From assembly GCA_964572855.1 (NCBI GenBank), contig CAZNGF010000001.1, forward strand, positions 14,099-78,098: 64,000 bases of DNA, written 5' to 3'. Below, piece after piece: positions 36,659 through 44,606 of the stretch. The notes below the pieces were generated by a model, which saw only the letters and a program-made list of their open reading frames with translations, searched no databases and was not told the DNA's origin. This stretch comes from an uncultured Thermotogae bacterium. GTDB taxonomy: Bacteria; Bipolaricaulota; Bipolaricaulia; RBG-16-55-9; JAJCYT01. The position numbers and the translations under genes were made by a program. How positions within the stretch are numbered: the first letter of the stretch is position 1; the number at the start of each line of letters is the position of its first letter.

Positions 36659-37459
36659 TCATTCGACGACTACGCCGAGCGGAACCGCAAGGCCTGGAAC
36701 GAGGCCGCGGGTGTTCACCGGCGGCACCGCGACCTGCGCTCGTCCGTGCGGGACCCGGCGTTCAACGCCCTGGACACCGACACGCGCGCGCTGTTCGCCG
36801 GTATTGAGCTTTCGGACAAGCGGGTGGCGCAGCCCTGCTGCAACAACGGGCGCGAGCTGATCTCGCTCTGCCGCATGGGTGCCTCAAGCGGCGTCGGCTT
36901 CGACATCGCCGACGTCTGCGTCGCGGAGGCATGCGAGCTGGCGCGCCTGGCTCAGGCCCCTTGTGAGTTCGTGTGCTGTGACGTGCGCGCGATTCCCGAG
37001 GTGTATGACGACGCGTTCGACGTCGTCCTGTTCACGGTGGGCGCGCTCTGCTGGGTGTGCGAGCTGGACCGGTTGTTCGCGGTCGCCGCCCGGCTGTTGC
37101 GGGACGAGGGCTTACTGGTCGTCCACGAGCTGCACCCCTTCACCGACGTGATCGCCACGCCGGACGATCCTGGCTACGACCCCGACGACGCGCTCAAGGT
37201 CGTCTTCTCGTATTTCAAGATCGATCCGTGGGTCAGCAGCGCCGGGCTCGACTACCTTGGCGGTACGACCTACGACGCCCCCCCGTCCTACGCCTTCCCC
37301 CACACGCTTTCCGAGACGATTTCGGCGATCATCGACGCGGGCTTCGTCCTGCAGCACTTCGCCGAGTCCGCGCGCGACATCGCCAACAGCTTTGCACACC
37401 TGGAGCAGTTCGGAAAGCTGCCGCTTTCCTACTCGCTGATGGCGCGCAAGGCGGCATGA
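36656..37459 (+). CDS. Class I SAM-dependent methyltransferase
   Basis: 267 aa with a Rossmann MTase fold (motif I region VGFDIADVCV, acidic loop CCDVRAIPE). Confidence 0.75.
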   Translation: MSFDDYAERNRKAWNEAAGVHRRHRDLRSSVRDPAFNALDTDTRALFAGIELSDKRVAQPCCNNGRELISLCRMGASSGVGFDIADVCVAEACELARLAQAPCEFVCCDVRAIPEVYDDAFDVVLFTVGALCWVCELDRLFAVAARLLRDEGLLVVHELHPFTDVIATPDDPGYDPDDALKVVFSYFKIDPWVSSAGLDYLGGTTYDAPPSYAFPHTLSETISAIIDAGFVLQHFAESARDIANSFAHLEQFGKLPLSYSLMARKAA

Positions 37460-37515
37460 TATTGCTACCCTGGCGTTGGTGGCCTGTGTCCCGTGTGTTA
37501 TACTAAAAGTAGTAA

Positions 37516-37791
37516 GAAAGGTATAACCATAGCCGGATTCAGGCCGTCGTCGTGTGCGCGCTGACCTCGAACCTCCGCCGGGCCAACGCGCCCGGAAACG
37601 TCTTGTTGGAGGAAGGGGAGGCCAATCTTTCCCGCCCCAGCGTCGTCAACGTCTCACAGCTCTTCACGGTCGACAAGGACGATCTGGTAGGGAGAATCGG
37701 CACGCTTTCCAAAGAACGGGTGGTTGCCATCGCCGAAGGGATAGAACTCCTGATCACGCCGCGAGACCTGCGTTCGCAAGAACGGATCTAG
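37516..37791 (+). pseudogene. 5'-truncated PemK/MazF-family toxin remnant
   Basis: The in-frame translation ...AVVVCALTSNLRRANAPGNVLLEEGEANLSRPSVVNVSQLFTVDKDDLVGRIGTLSKERVVAIAEGIELLI matches only the C-terminal two-thirds of MazF/PemK toxins. The N-terminal beta-strands are missing, with a stop codon at 37513. No antitoxin gene lies upstream. Confidence 0.6.
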
Positions 37792-37830
37792 CCGCTGTGC
37801 CCTGAAAACGCGTCAAGGAAGCGCCACATC

Positions 37831-38958
37831 TTACTCCAGCCAGGACGCGTAGGCCCGCAGCGCCTCCGGGAAACTGCGCCGCCCGAAGCCGAAGCGCACG
37901 AAACGGTCTTCCGCGCCCATAAACGCGGCGGGCAGCAGCATCAGCCCGGCCTGTTGGGCCAGGCGATGGCAGTACTCGGTCGCCGAGGGGACGTCGATCT
38001 CGGCCAGCGCGACCGAGCCCGCCTGAGGGGGGCGCCAGGCGAACTGATCCCGCTGGCGGGCGAAGAACGGCTCGGCCAGCGCTAGGTTGTCCCGGATGAT
38101 CCCCCTGTTGCGCGCGACCAGCTTGGGTCCGGCCTTGAGCCCGGCCAGCGCGAGCTGCTCGGTGGGGCCCGGCGGGCAGATGGTGGTGTAGTGCTTCCAG
38201 TTGACCAGAGCCTCGCGCGTGGCCGGGTCCTTGACGACCAGCCAGCCCGCGCGCAGGCCCGGCAGACCATGCGCCTTGGACAGGCCGGCGAGCACGACGC
38301 TGCGCTCGTAGCGGTCCGCGGCCGAGGGCAGCGGGTCGTCGTCCAGCTCCAGGCCGCGGTACATCTCGTCGCAGAAGAGCCACAGGTCACGTTGGCGCGC
38401 GAAATCGACCATCGAGTCGAACTCTGCGGCCGTCGGCAGGAACCCCGTCGGGTTGTGCGGAAAATTCACCACGAGCAGCCGGGTCTTGCCCGTCACGGCC
38501 GCCTCCAGCGCGGCCCAATCGAGTGTCCAGCGCCCCTCCTCGGGGCGCAGCGGCCAGCGGCGGACCCGGTCGCAGACGTGCTCGGTCACGTTCAACAGCG
38601 CGTCGTAGGCCGGCGCCAGCACGACCGCCTGGTCGTCCGATTCGAGCAGCGTCCGCATGGTGAGATAAATCCCCTCGACCGGCGAGCCCAGCACGACGAC
38701 CTCGTCGGGCGAGACGCTTGCGTACTCGGCCGCGATCGCCTCCCGCAGCGCGGGGTGGCCTTGCGACTCGGTGTAGCTCAGGCGCAGTCCGCCCAGCGCG
38801 TCCGGCGTCATCCCGGCAAGTTCCAGCAACTCCGACACGGTCACGCTCTCGCAGTCCGAAACCGAGAGCGGATGAGGCGTGGTGAACTCGTAGCGGGCAT
38901 AGTACCGCTCGGTTTCAAACGGCGCGATTTGCACGTTTCCCTCCTCCGGTGCGCCCAT
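37831..38958 (-). CDS. Pyridoxal-phosphate-dependent aminotransferase (class I/II fold)
   Basis: About 375 aa from MGAPEEGNVQIAPFETERYY.... It has the NPTG motif (VVNFPHNPTGFL) and a SKAHGLPGLR lysine region. The track ORF extends 165 codons further upstream without support. Confidence 0.8.
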   Translation of the reverse strand: MGAPEEGNVQIAPFETERYYARYEFTTPHPLSVSDCESVTVSELLELAGMTPDALGGLRLSYTESQGHPALREAIAAEYASVSPDEVVVLGSPVEGIYLTMRTLLESDDQAVVLAPAYDALLNVTEHVCDRVRRWPLRPEEGRWTLDWAALEAAVTGKTRLLVVNFPHNPTGFLPTAAEFDSMVDFARQRDLWLFCDEMYRGLELDDDPLPSAADRYERSVVLAGLSKAHGLPGLRAGWLVVKDPATREALVNWKHYTTICPPGPTEQLALAGLKAGPKLVARNRGIIRDNLALAEPFFARQRDQFAWRPPQAGSVALAEIDVPSATEYCHRLAQQAGLMLLPAAFMGAEDRFVRFGFGRRSFPEALRAYASWLE

Positions 38959-39015
38959 TGTATAACGCGCTGCACGGCGTTCGACCTCGCGCCGGCGCAG
39001 GCCTATACTCGCCGC

Positions 39016-39615
39016 ATGCAAGCGACGCGCGTGGAACGGCTGACCGGGAAACACGTTGAGCCTTATCTGGAGGAACTGGCGCACCTGCGCATCACGGTGT
39101 TCCGCGAGTTCCCCTACCTCTACGACGGGGACATGGCCTACGAGGCCGACTACCTGCGCACCTACAGCGTCTCGCCCGAGAGCCTGTTCGTGCTCGTCTT
39201 CGATGGCGAACACGTCGTGGGGGCCGCCACCGGCGTACCGATGGCCGACGAGACGGAAGAATTCCGCCAACCGTTCGCTGAGAAGGGATATGATCCTGAC
39301 CGGATCTTCTACTTCGGCGAGTCCGTGCTGTTGAAACCGTATCGCGGCCGGGGGCTGGGCGTGCGCTTTTTCGCCGAGCGCGAGCGCTACGCCAGCGAGC
39401 TGGGCCGCTTCGACCACACCGCCTTCTGCGCGGTGCAACGCCCCGCCGACCACCCGAGCCGCCCGCCCGACTACGTCCCGCTGGACGCCTTCTGGCGCAA
39501 GCGCGGCTACGAGAAGACCGATCTAATCACGCACTACCCCTGGAAAGACCTGGGCCACGACGCAATGACCGAAAAGCCGATGGTGTTTTGGATCAAGCCA
39601 TTACTTGACTACTGA
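39016..39615 (+). CDS. GNAT-family N-acetyltransferase
   Basis: 199 aa with an acetyl-CoA-binding motif (LLKPYRGRGLGVRFF). TATACT lies 6 nt before the ATG, implying a leaderless transcript. Confidence 0.75.
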   Translation: MQATRVERLTGKHVEPYLEELAHLRITVFREFPYLYDGDMAYEADYLRTYSVSPESLFVLVFDGEHVVGAATGVPMADETEEFRQPFAEKGYDPDRIFYFGESVLLKPYRGRGLGVRFFAERERYASELGRFDHTAFCAVQRPADHPSRPPDYVPLDAFWRKRGYEKTDLITHYPWKDLGHDAMTEKPMVFWIKPLLDY

Positions 39616-40077
39616 AATTCGTGTTCAATCTACATCTGGCGTGAGCCAAGAATCTGGAATACCGGATTTATTTCGGATGATCACTACTTGCCCTAGTCTT
39701 CGTGCGCGTTGAATGCACTCTCTCTTCAGAGAGTTCATATCCTCACTTCGCTTTGTTGCTTTTTGATTTCCCTCTAGAAGATCCCTCCAGTACCTTTTCC
39801 CATCGTATTCTAGGAATCTGATCACAATATCATCCTTGCTAATCCCAGCAGATAACTTCTCCAAATCACCATCCAAAATAACAAGCCTGTCTTGGGCACC
39901 CAAGAAACGCTTCAGAATTTTCTCTTTGTTAATCATGATATAAATCCTTGCATAGCGATTTCAGCTTTGCAACCTCTCAATGTTCATGAGCACTTCGTTC
40001 CATTCTTGATAGATACATTCTAGACGCAGTTTAAGTTATTCATACTCAGGTAACAATAACACGCCCTATACTCCCCG
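39616..40077. other. AT-rich (~40% GC) islet between two convergent high-GC genes
   Basis: GC content drops abruptly within 10 bp of the GNAT stop and recovers at the ABC-F stop. The islet contains one ORF (39625-39936). Confidence 0.7.
39625..39936 (-). CDS. Hypothetical protein (ORFan) encoded in the low-GC islet
   Basis: 103 aa, MINKEKILKRFLGAQDRLVILDGDLEKLSAGISKDDIVIRFLEYDGKRYWRDLLEGNQ... Codon usage is AT-rich, unlike every other gene in the window. I recognise no domain. Confidence 0.45.
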   Translation of the reverse strand: MINKEKILKRFLGAQDRLVILDGDLEKLSAGISKDDIVIRFLEYDGKRYWRDLLEGNQKATKRSEDMNSLKRECIQRARRLGQVVIIRNKSGIPDSWLTPDVD

Positions 40078-42015
40078 CTAGGCTGCTGTTTGCTCCAGCT
40101 CAGAGGCGACTTGGTCCCAGGCGGCGTAGGCTTGGTTCAAGTCGGACTTGGCCGCTTCGTAGTCCGACGAGGTCGCGTTGATCCGTTCCAAGTCCTGCGC
40201 GTAGCTGGCCGCCTCCAAGTCCCGTTCCAGCTCGGCGATGCGCGCCTCCAGCGCCTGAATCCGCTCGGCCAGCTCGGCCTCGCGGCGGTGGAGCTTGGCG
40301 CGCTCGCGCTCTTGCAGGCGCTTGCGCTTGCCGGGGGTCATCTTCTTGTCCTTGGGCTTGGCCGCACGGTCCTGGGCGGATGCCGACGAAGCCGCGCGCA
40401 CGCTCACTTCTTTCTTGCGCCGATAGAAGTCGTAGTCGCCCTTGTAGAGGTGCAGTTTCCCGTCGGCGTCCACCTCCCAGACTTGCGTGGCCAGCGTCTG
40501 GATGAAGGTGCGGTCGTGTGAGACGAACAGGATCGAGCCCTGAAAGCTTTTGAGCACCTGCTCCAGGATCTCGCGCGCCGGGATGTCCAGGTGGTTGGTG
40601 GGCTCGTCCAGCAACAGCAGGTTGCCGCCGAGCTGGGCCAGGCGCGCCAGCGCCACGCGGCTGCGCTCGCCGCCCGACAGCTCCTCCAGCTTTTTGAAGA
40701 CCTCGTCGCCCGAGAACAGGAACTGGCCCAGCAGGTTGCGCGCCTTGGGGATGGTCCAGCCGGGCTGGTCGATGAGCGCGTCCACCAGCGTCCCATCGCG
40801 CTCGAAGTAGTCCCAGGTCGCCTGCGCGAAGTAGGCCAATTCCACCGCGTGGCCCCACTCGGCCGCGCCCTTGAGCGGATGGAGCTGACCCGCCAGCGTC
40901 TTGAGCAGCGTCGTCTTGCCGCTGCCGTTGGGGCCCACGAGCGCAACGCGCTCCCCGCGGTCCAGGATGGCGTGCTCGATCTCGAACAACTCAGTCGGCC
41001 CGCCGCCCGGCTCGCTCTTTGGGTAGCCCACGCTCACGCCCTGCAGGCGGAAGACGCGCTGGCCGCTGGGGCGCGTGAAGCCGATCTCGAAGGCGATGCG
41101 CTTGTCCTCGGGAGGGGGGGCGACCCGCTCAAGCTTTTCGAGCTGCTTGCGGCGCGACTGCGCCTGGCCCGTGGTCTTCTTGTCGACGATGTTGCGCCGG
41201 ATGAAGTCCTCGGTCTTTTGGATGTAGGCCTGCTGGGCGTAGTACGCCTCCCACTGGTGTTCAATCTCCTCGTCCCGCTGGGCCACGAACGCCGCGTAGT
41301 TGCCCGTATAGACTTTGAGCCGGCCGTGGTCCACCGACCAAATGCGCTCGGCGGCGCGGTCGAGTAGGTGCCGGTCGTGCGAGGAGATCACGTAGGCGCG
41401 CTTCCAGCGGCCCAGAAAGCCCTCGAGCCACTCCAGCGCCGCGAAGTCGAGGTGGTTGGTGGGCTCGTCCAGCAGCAGCACGTCGGGCTCCTCCAGCAGG
41501 AGCTTGGCCAGCGAAGCCCGTGCGGCCTGGCCGCCGCTCAAGTGCGCCACGGGCATGCCCTTGTCTTCAGAGGCGAACCCGAGGCCGTCCAGCACGGCGT
41601 GCACGCGGCTCTCGACCTCGTAGCCGCCGCCGGTCTCGAAGGCGTGGCGCAGCTCGTCGTAGCGGTGCAGCAGCGCCGCGTCGCCGTCGGCCAGTTGGGA
41701 CTCCAGCGCGCGTATCTCGGCCTCCATGTCCTTGAGCGAGGCGAACACGCTGCGCAGCTCGTCGAGCAGGCTGAGCTCGCCCTGCAGCTTGGCCTCCTGG
41801 GTCAGGTAGCCCACGCGGGCCGAGCCGATGACCTGCACGCGGCCCGCGTCCGGCTCGTCGCGCCCGGCCAGCAGGTTGAGCAGCGTCGTCTTGCCGCTGC
41901 CGTTGGGACCCACCAGGCCGATGCGGTCGCCCGCGCCGATCTGGAGCGAGACGCCCGCGAACACGGGGTCGGCGCCGTAGCGCTTGGCGAGCTCGTGGGC
42001 CATCAACAGCGACAT
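40078..42015 (-). CDS. ABC-F family ATPase (tandem ABC domains, Uup/YheS-like, C-terminal coiled coil)
   Basis: 645 aa with two Walker A motifs (GPNGSGKTT) and two LSGG signatures. The charged coiled-coil tail (LHRREAELAERIQALEARIAELERDLE) is typical of Uup-class ABC-F proteins. There are no TM domains. Confidence 0.88.
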   Translation of the reverse strand: MSLLMAHELAKRYGADPVFAGVSLQIGAGDRIGLVGPNGSGKTTLLNLLAGRDEPDAGRVQVIGSARVGYLTQEAKLQGELSLLDELRSVFASLKDMEAEIRALESQLADGDAALLHRYDELRHAFETGGGYEVESRVHAVLDGLGFASEDKGMPVAHLSGGQAARASLAKLLLEEPDVLLLDEPTNHLDFAALEWLEGFLGRWKRAYVISSHDRHLLDRAAERIWSVDHGRLKVYTGNYAAFVAQRDEEIEHQWEAYYAQQAYIQKTEDFIRRNIVDKKTTGQAQSRRKQLEKLERVAPPPEDKRIAFEIGFTRPSGQRVFRLQGVSVGYPKSEPGGGPTELFEIEHAILDRGERVALVGPNGSGKTTLLKTLAGQLHPLKGAAEWGHAVELAYFAQATWDYFERDGTLVDALIDQPGWTIPKARNLLGQFLFSGDEVFKKLEELSGGERSRVALARLAQLGGNLLLLDEPTNHLDIPAREILEQVLKSFQGSILFVSHDRTFIQTLATQVWEVDADGKLHLYKGDYDFYRRKKEVSVRAASSASAQDRAAKPKDKKMTPGKRKRLQERERAKLHRREAELAERIQALEARIAELERDLEAASYAQDLERINATSSDYEAAKSDLNQAYAAWDQVASELEQTAA

Positions 42016-42094
42016 GGTACGCCTCCTGCGCGGGAAGACAGCGGGGTCGGTTCAACCTCCCCCGCAGACGGACAACTCAAGTGTGCCAGGGCAG

Positions 42095-43468
42095 TTACGC
42101 CCCTTCGACGCCCAGGATCTTCATGGCCACCTTGGTCGTCCAGCGCGCGCCGATCTCCAGGCTCTCCAGGTCGACGCGCTCGTTGTCGTTGTGGAAAAGC
42201 GCCGTGCGCTCGGCCATGCTCATAGCCGTGGACAGCGGGCAGAAGCCGTAGGCCACCGCGCCGGCTTCGCGCACGAAGCGCGAGTCGGTGGCGCCGGTCA
42301 TCATGAAGGGGGCCACGTCCGCTTCCGGCGCCTCCTCCCGAATCACCTGCCGGATCGCCTCGTACAGCGGCGTGTCCAGTTCGGACTCCGAGGGGCTGTG
42401 GTACTGCAGCTCCTCGATCGTGATCGACTGCCCCAGGTCGCGCGCCAGCGTGTAGAGCGCCTCGACGACCTCTTCTTTTTCCTGGCCGGGCACGAGCCGG
42501 CAGTCGAGCGTGAACTCGCACACGTCGGGGATGACGTTCTCCTTGGAGCCGGCGCGCACCGAGGTGGGCGAGATCGTCGTGTGCGTCAGGGCGCGGATGT
42601 GGTCGGCCTTGATGGGGAACCCGGCCAGCGCGTGGTCCAGGTCGGCCTCCTTGTACTCGGTCAGAATCTCCTCGGCGAGCCCCATGCCGGCCGGACCGAA
42701 GGCGCTGGTGAGCTGCTCGACCAGCGTCCGCACCGAGGGGCTGATCATCTTGGGGAACTGGAGGTGGATCACGCGGCGGATCAGGCGCGCTGCCTTGGCC
42801 AGCGCGTTGTCGGCGTGCGGGATCGAGCCGTGGCCAGAGGTGCCCTTGACCGTGACCTTGAGCCAGAGCAGGCCCTTTTCGGCGTTTTCCACGGTGTAGA
42901 AGGTCTTGTTCAGCACCTGGATGGGCATGCCGCCGCCCTCGTTGATAACGTAGTCGGCCTTGATCTTGTCCAGGTGCTCCTTGACGAGCCACTCGGCACC
43001 AAAAGCCGCGCCCTTCTCCTCGTCGGCGCAGGCCGCGTAGACGAGCTCGCCGCCGAAATCCAGCCCCAGGCGCTGGAACAGGAACACCGTCATGGCCTCG
43101 ACGGCCGTCTGGTTCTTCATGTCCAGGGCGCCGCGGCCCCAGACGTAGCCCTGGTCGATCTTGCCGCTGAAGGGGGGATGCTTCCACTTGGAAGCGTCCG
43201 CCGCCGGCACGACGTCCGTGTGGTTGAACAGCAACAGCGTCGGCCCGGGACGCTTGCCCTTGAGGCGAGCGATGAACGTCCCGCGGCCCGGTTCCGACTC
43301 CAGGATCTCGCCACCGATGCCCTCGGCTGAAAAGCGCTTCTGTAGGTACTGGGCGGCCTCGGTTTCGTTGCCGGGGGGGTTGGTGGTGTCGATCCGGATC
43401 AGTTCGGAAAGCAGTTCGGCCGTTTCGTCGCGGACCTCGTTCCAGCGAACGGCGTCAAGCGTGTGCAA
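42095..43468 (-). CDS. M20-family metallopeptidase (ArgE/DapE/CPG2-like)
   Basis: 457 aa with metal-binding motifs (LLFNHTDVVP, GRGALDMK, EEKG) and an M20 dimerisation-domain insert. Confidence 0.8.
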   Translation of the reverse strand: MHTLDAVRWNEVRDETAELLSELIRIDTTNPPGNETEAAQYLQKRFSAEGIGGEILESEPGRGTFIARLKGKRPGPTLLLFNHTDVVPAADASKWKHPPFSGKIDQGYVWGRGALDMKNQTAVEAMTVFLFQRLGLDFGGELVYAACADEEKGAAFGAEWLVKEHLDKIKADYVINEGGGMPIQVLNKTFYTVENAEKGLLWLKVTVKGTSGHGSIPHADNALAKAARLIRRVIHLQFPKMISPSVRTLVEQLTSAFGPAGMGLAEEILTEYKEADLDHALAGFPIKADHIRALTHTTISPTSVRAGSKENVIPDVCEFTLDCRLVPGQEKEEVVEALYTLARDLGQSITIEELQYHSPSESELDTPLYEAIRQVIREEAPEADVAPFMMTGATDSRFVREAGAVAYGFCPLSTAMSMAERTALFHNDNERVDLESLEIGARWTTKVAMKILGVEGA

Positions 43469-43518
43469 TGGACTGCACCCCTTTCAAGCGGAGGTCCCTT
43501 CGGGGAAACGCAGAGAAG

Positions 43519-43534
43519 GGACAAAATTTTGTCC
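43519..43534. promoter_or_regulatory. Perfect 16-bp palindrome GGACAAAATTTTGTCC upstream of the M20 peptidase gene
   Basis: It has dyad symmetry with no loop, the architecture of a dimeric transcription-factor site. It is about 50 nt upstream of the peptidase start and downstream of the crp-family gene. Confidence 0.35.
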
Positions 43535-43612
43535 TCATCGTATCAAGCGCGGGGCGAGCGGGGCAAGTGATTTCGAAGGGAATGGGTTTCGGGCCCCGAA
43601 GGGCGGGCACCT

Positions 43613-43637
43613 GGGGCGGCCGGGAGGGAGCCGCCCC
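43613..43637 (-). terminator. GC hairpin just downstream of the crp-family gene
   Basis: GGGGCGGC-cgggaggga-GCCGCCCC lies about 30 nt after the stop codon at 43667. Confidence 0.4.
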
Positions 43638-43666
43638 GGGTGACCCGAAAAGTCGGCGATGGGAGG

Positions 43667-44362
43667 CTAATTCAGCTGTTTGGACTTGGCGCCCCCGAAC
43701 GCCTTGGCGCGCAATTGCTCCTCGTTGGGGACGGTCAGGAAGCGCCCCTTCTTGAGCAACCCTTGTTCGTAGAACTCGCCCAGCATCATGGTGACGTTGG
43801 TGCGCGTGGCCCCGATGAGGTCGGCCAGGTCCTGGTGGGTGAGCCGGCAGTCGAGCTGGATCCCCTCGGGGGTCTTGCGCCCGTGGAACTCGCACAGGTG
43901 GATCAGCACGCGTGCCAGGCGCGTGGGCAGGTCCTTGAAGGCCATGTCCTCGAGCTTGCGCTGGACGCTGCGGGAGCGCACGCCCATCAAGGCCAGGATC
44001 TCGAACATGAGCCTTGGATCGCGCCGCGCGTGTTCCAACAGGCGCTTGTTGTCCAGCGCGATGACCTCGGTTTCCTCGATGGCCTCGGTAAGCAACTCGC
44101 GCCGGTCCATGCGCGCCAGCGAGAGTTCTCCAAAGAGCTGCCCTTCCCCCAGGATGTCCAGGGCCAGCTTGCGGCCGGTTTCGTCCAGGTAGCTCATCTT
44201 GACGTGTCCCTTTTGCACCCAGTAGAGCGTGTCGTTGGGGTCGTCCAACCCGTAAATCAGATCCCCCCGTTTGAAATTCATCGCGATGCCACGGTTTTCC
44301 AATATCTGTCTGAACTGTGCCGTTAACCTCAACACATTGGCCTCCCTTGACCGACTTCCCAT
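43667..44362 (-). CDS. Crp/Fnr-family transcriptional regulator
   Basis: A cNMP-binding domain (FKRGDLIYGLDDPNDTLYWVQKGHVKM...LGEGQLFGE) plus a C-terminal HTH (LTHQDLADLIGATRTNVTMML). The start may instead be the internal ATG at about 44281. Confidence 0.85.
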   Translation of the reverse strand: MGSRSREANVLRLTAQFRQILENRGIAMNFKRGDLIYGLDDPNDTLYWVQKGHVKMSYLDETGRKLALDILGEGQLFGELSLARMDRRELLTEAIEETEVIALDNKRLLEHARRDPRLMFEILALMGVRSRSVQRKLEDMAFKDLPTRLARVLIHLCEFHGRKTPEGIQLDCRLTHQDLADLIGATRTNVTMMLGEFYEQGLLKKGRFLTVPNEEQLRAKAFGGAKSKQLN

Positions 44363-44470
44363 GTCGGTTTTTTCGATTCGCGTCCGCGGCGCTGGCCCCC
44401 TTTACACAATGCCCGCCGCGTGCGCGGATGATCGCTACTTACTTCATACACCGTTTGGGGCTTCTGTTGC

Positions 44471-44486
44471 TGTGATTGGAGTCACA
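44471..44486. promoter_or_regulatory. Perfect CRP/FNR-type box TGTGA-N6-TCACA
   Basis: TGTGATTGGAGTCACA lies in the divergent intergenic region between the crp-family gene and the O-antigen-ligase-like gene. Confidence 0.6.
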
Positions 44487-44606
44487 GTGGGGCGAGAACG
44501 GCGCGCCTGCGCCCGTGGCCAGCCCGTCAGGGGTTTTGCCCGGTTCGGAAGGCGGTTTGCCCGTCTCTTGCGCGCCGTAGAGGTGCCCGTTAAGGTACGC
44601 CCATCC

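Noticed and set aside
38191-39615. 474-aa plus-strand ORF
   Set aside because: The upstream 275 codons are antisense to the aminotransferase gene. The GNAT gene proper begins at the ATG at 39016, right after a TATACT box.
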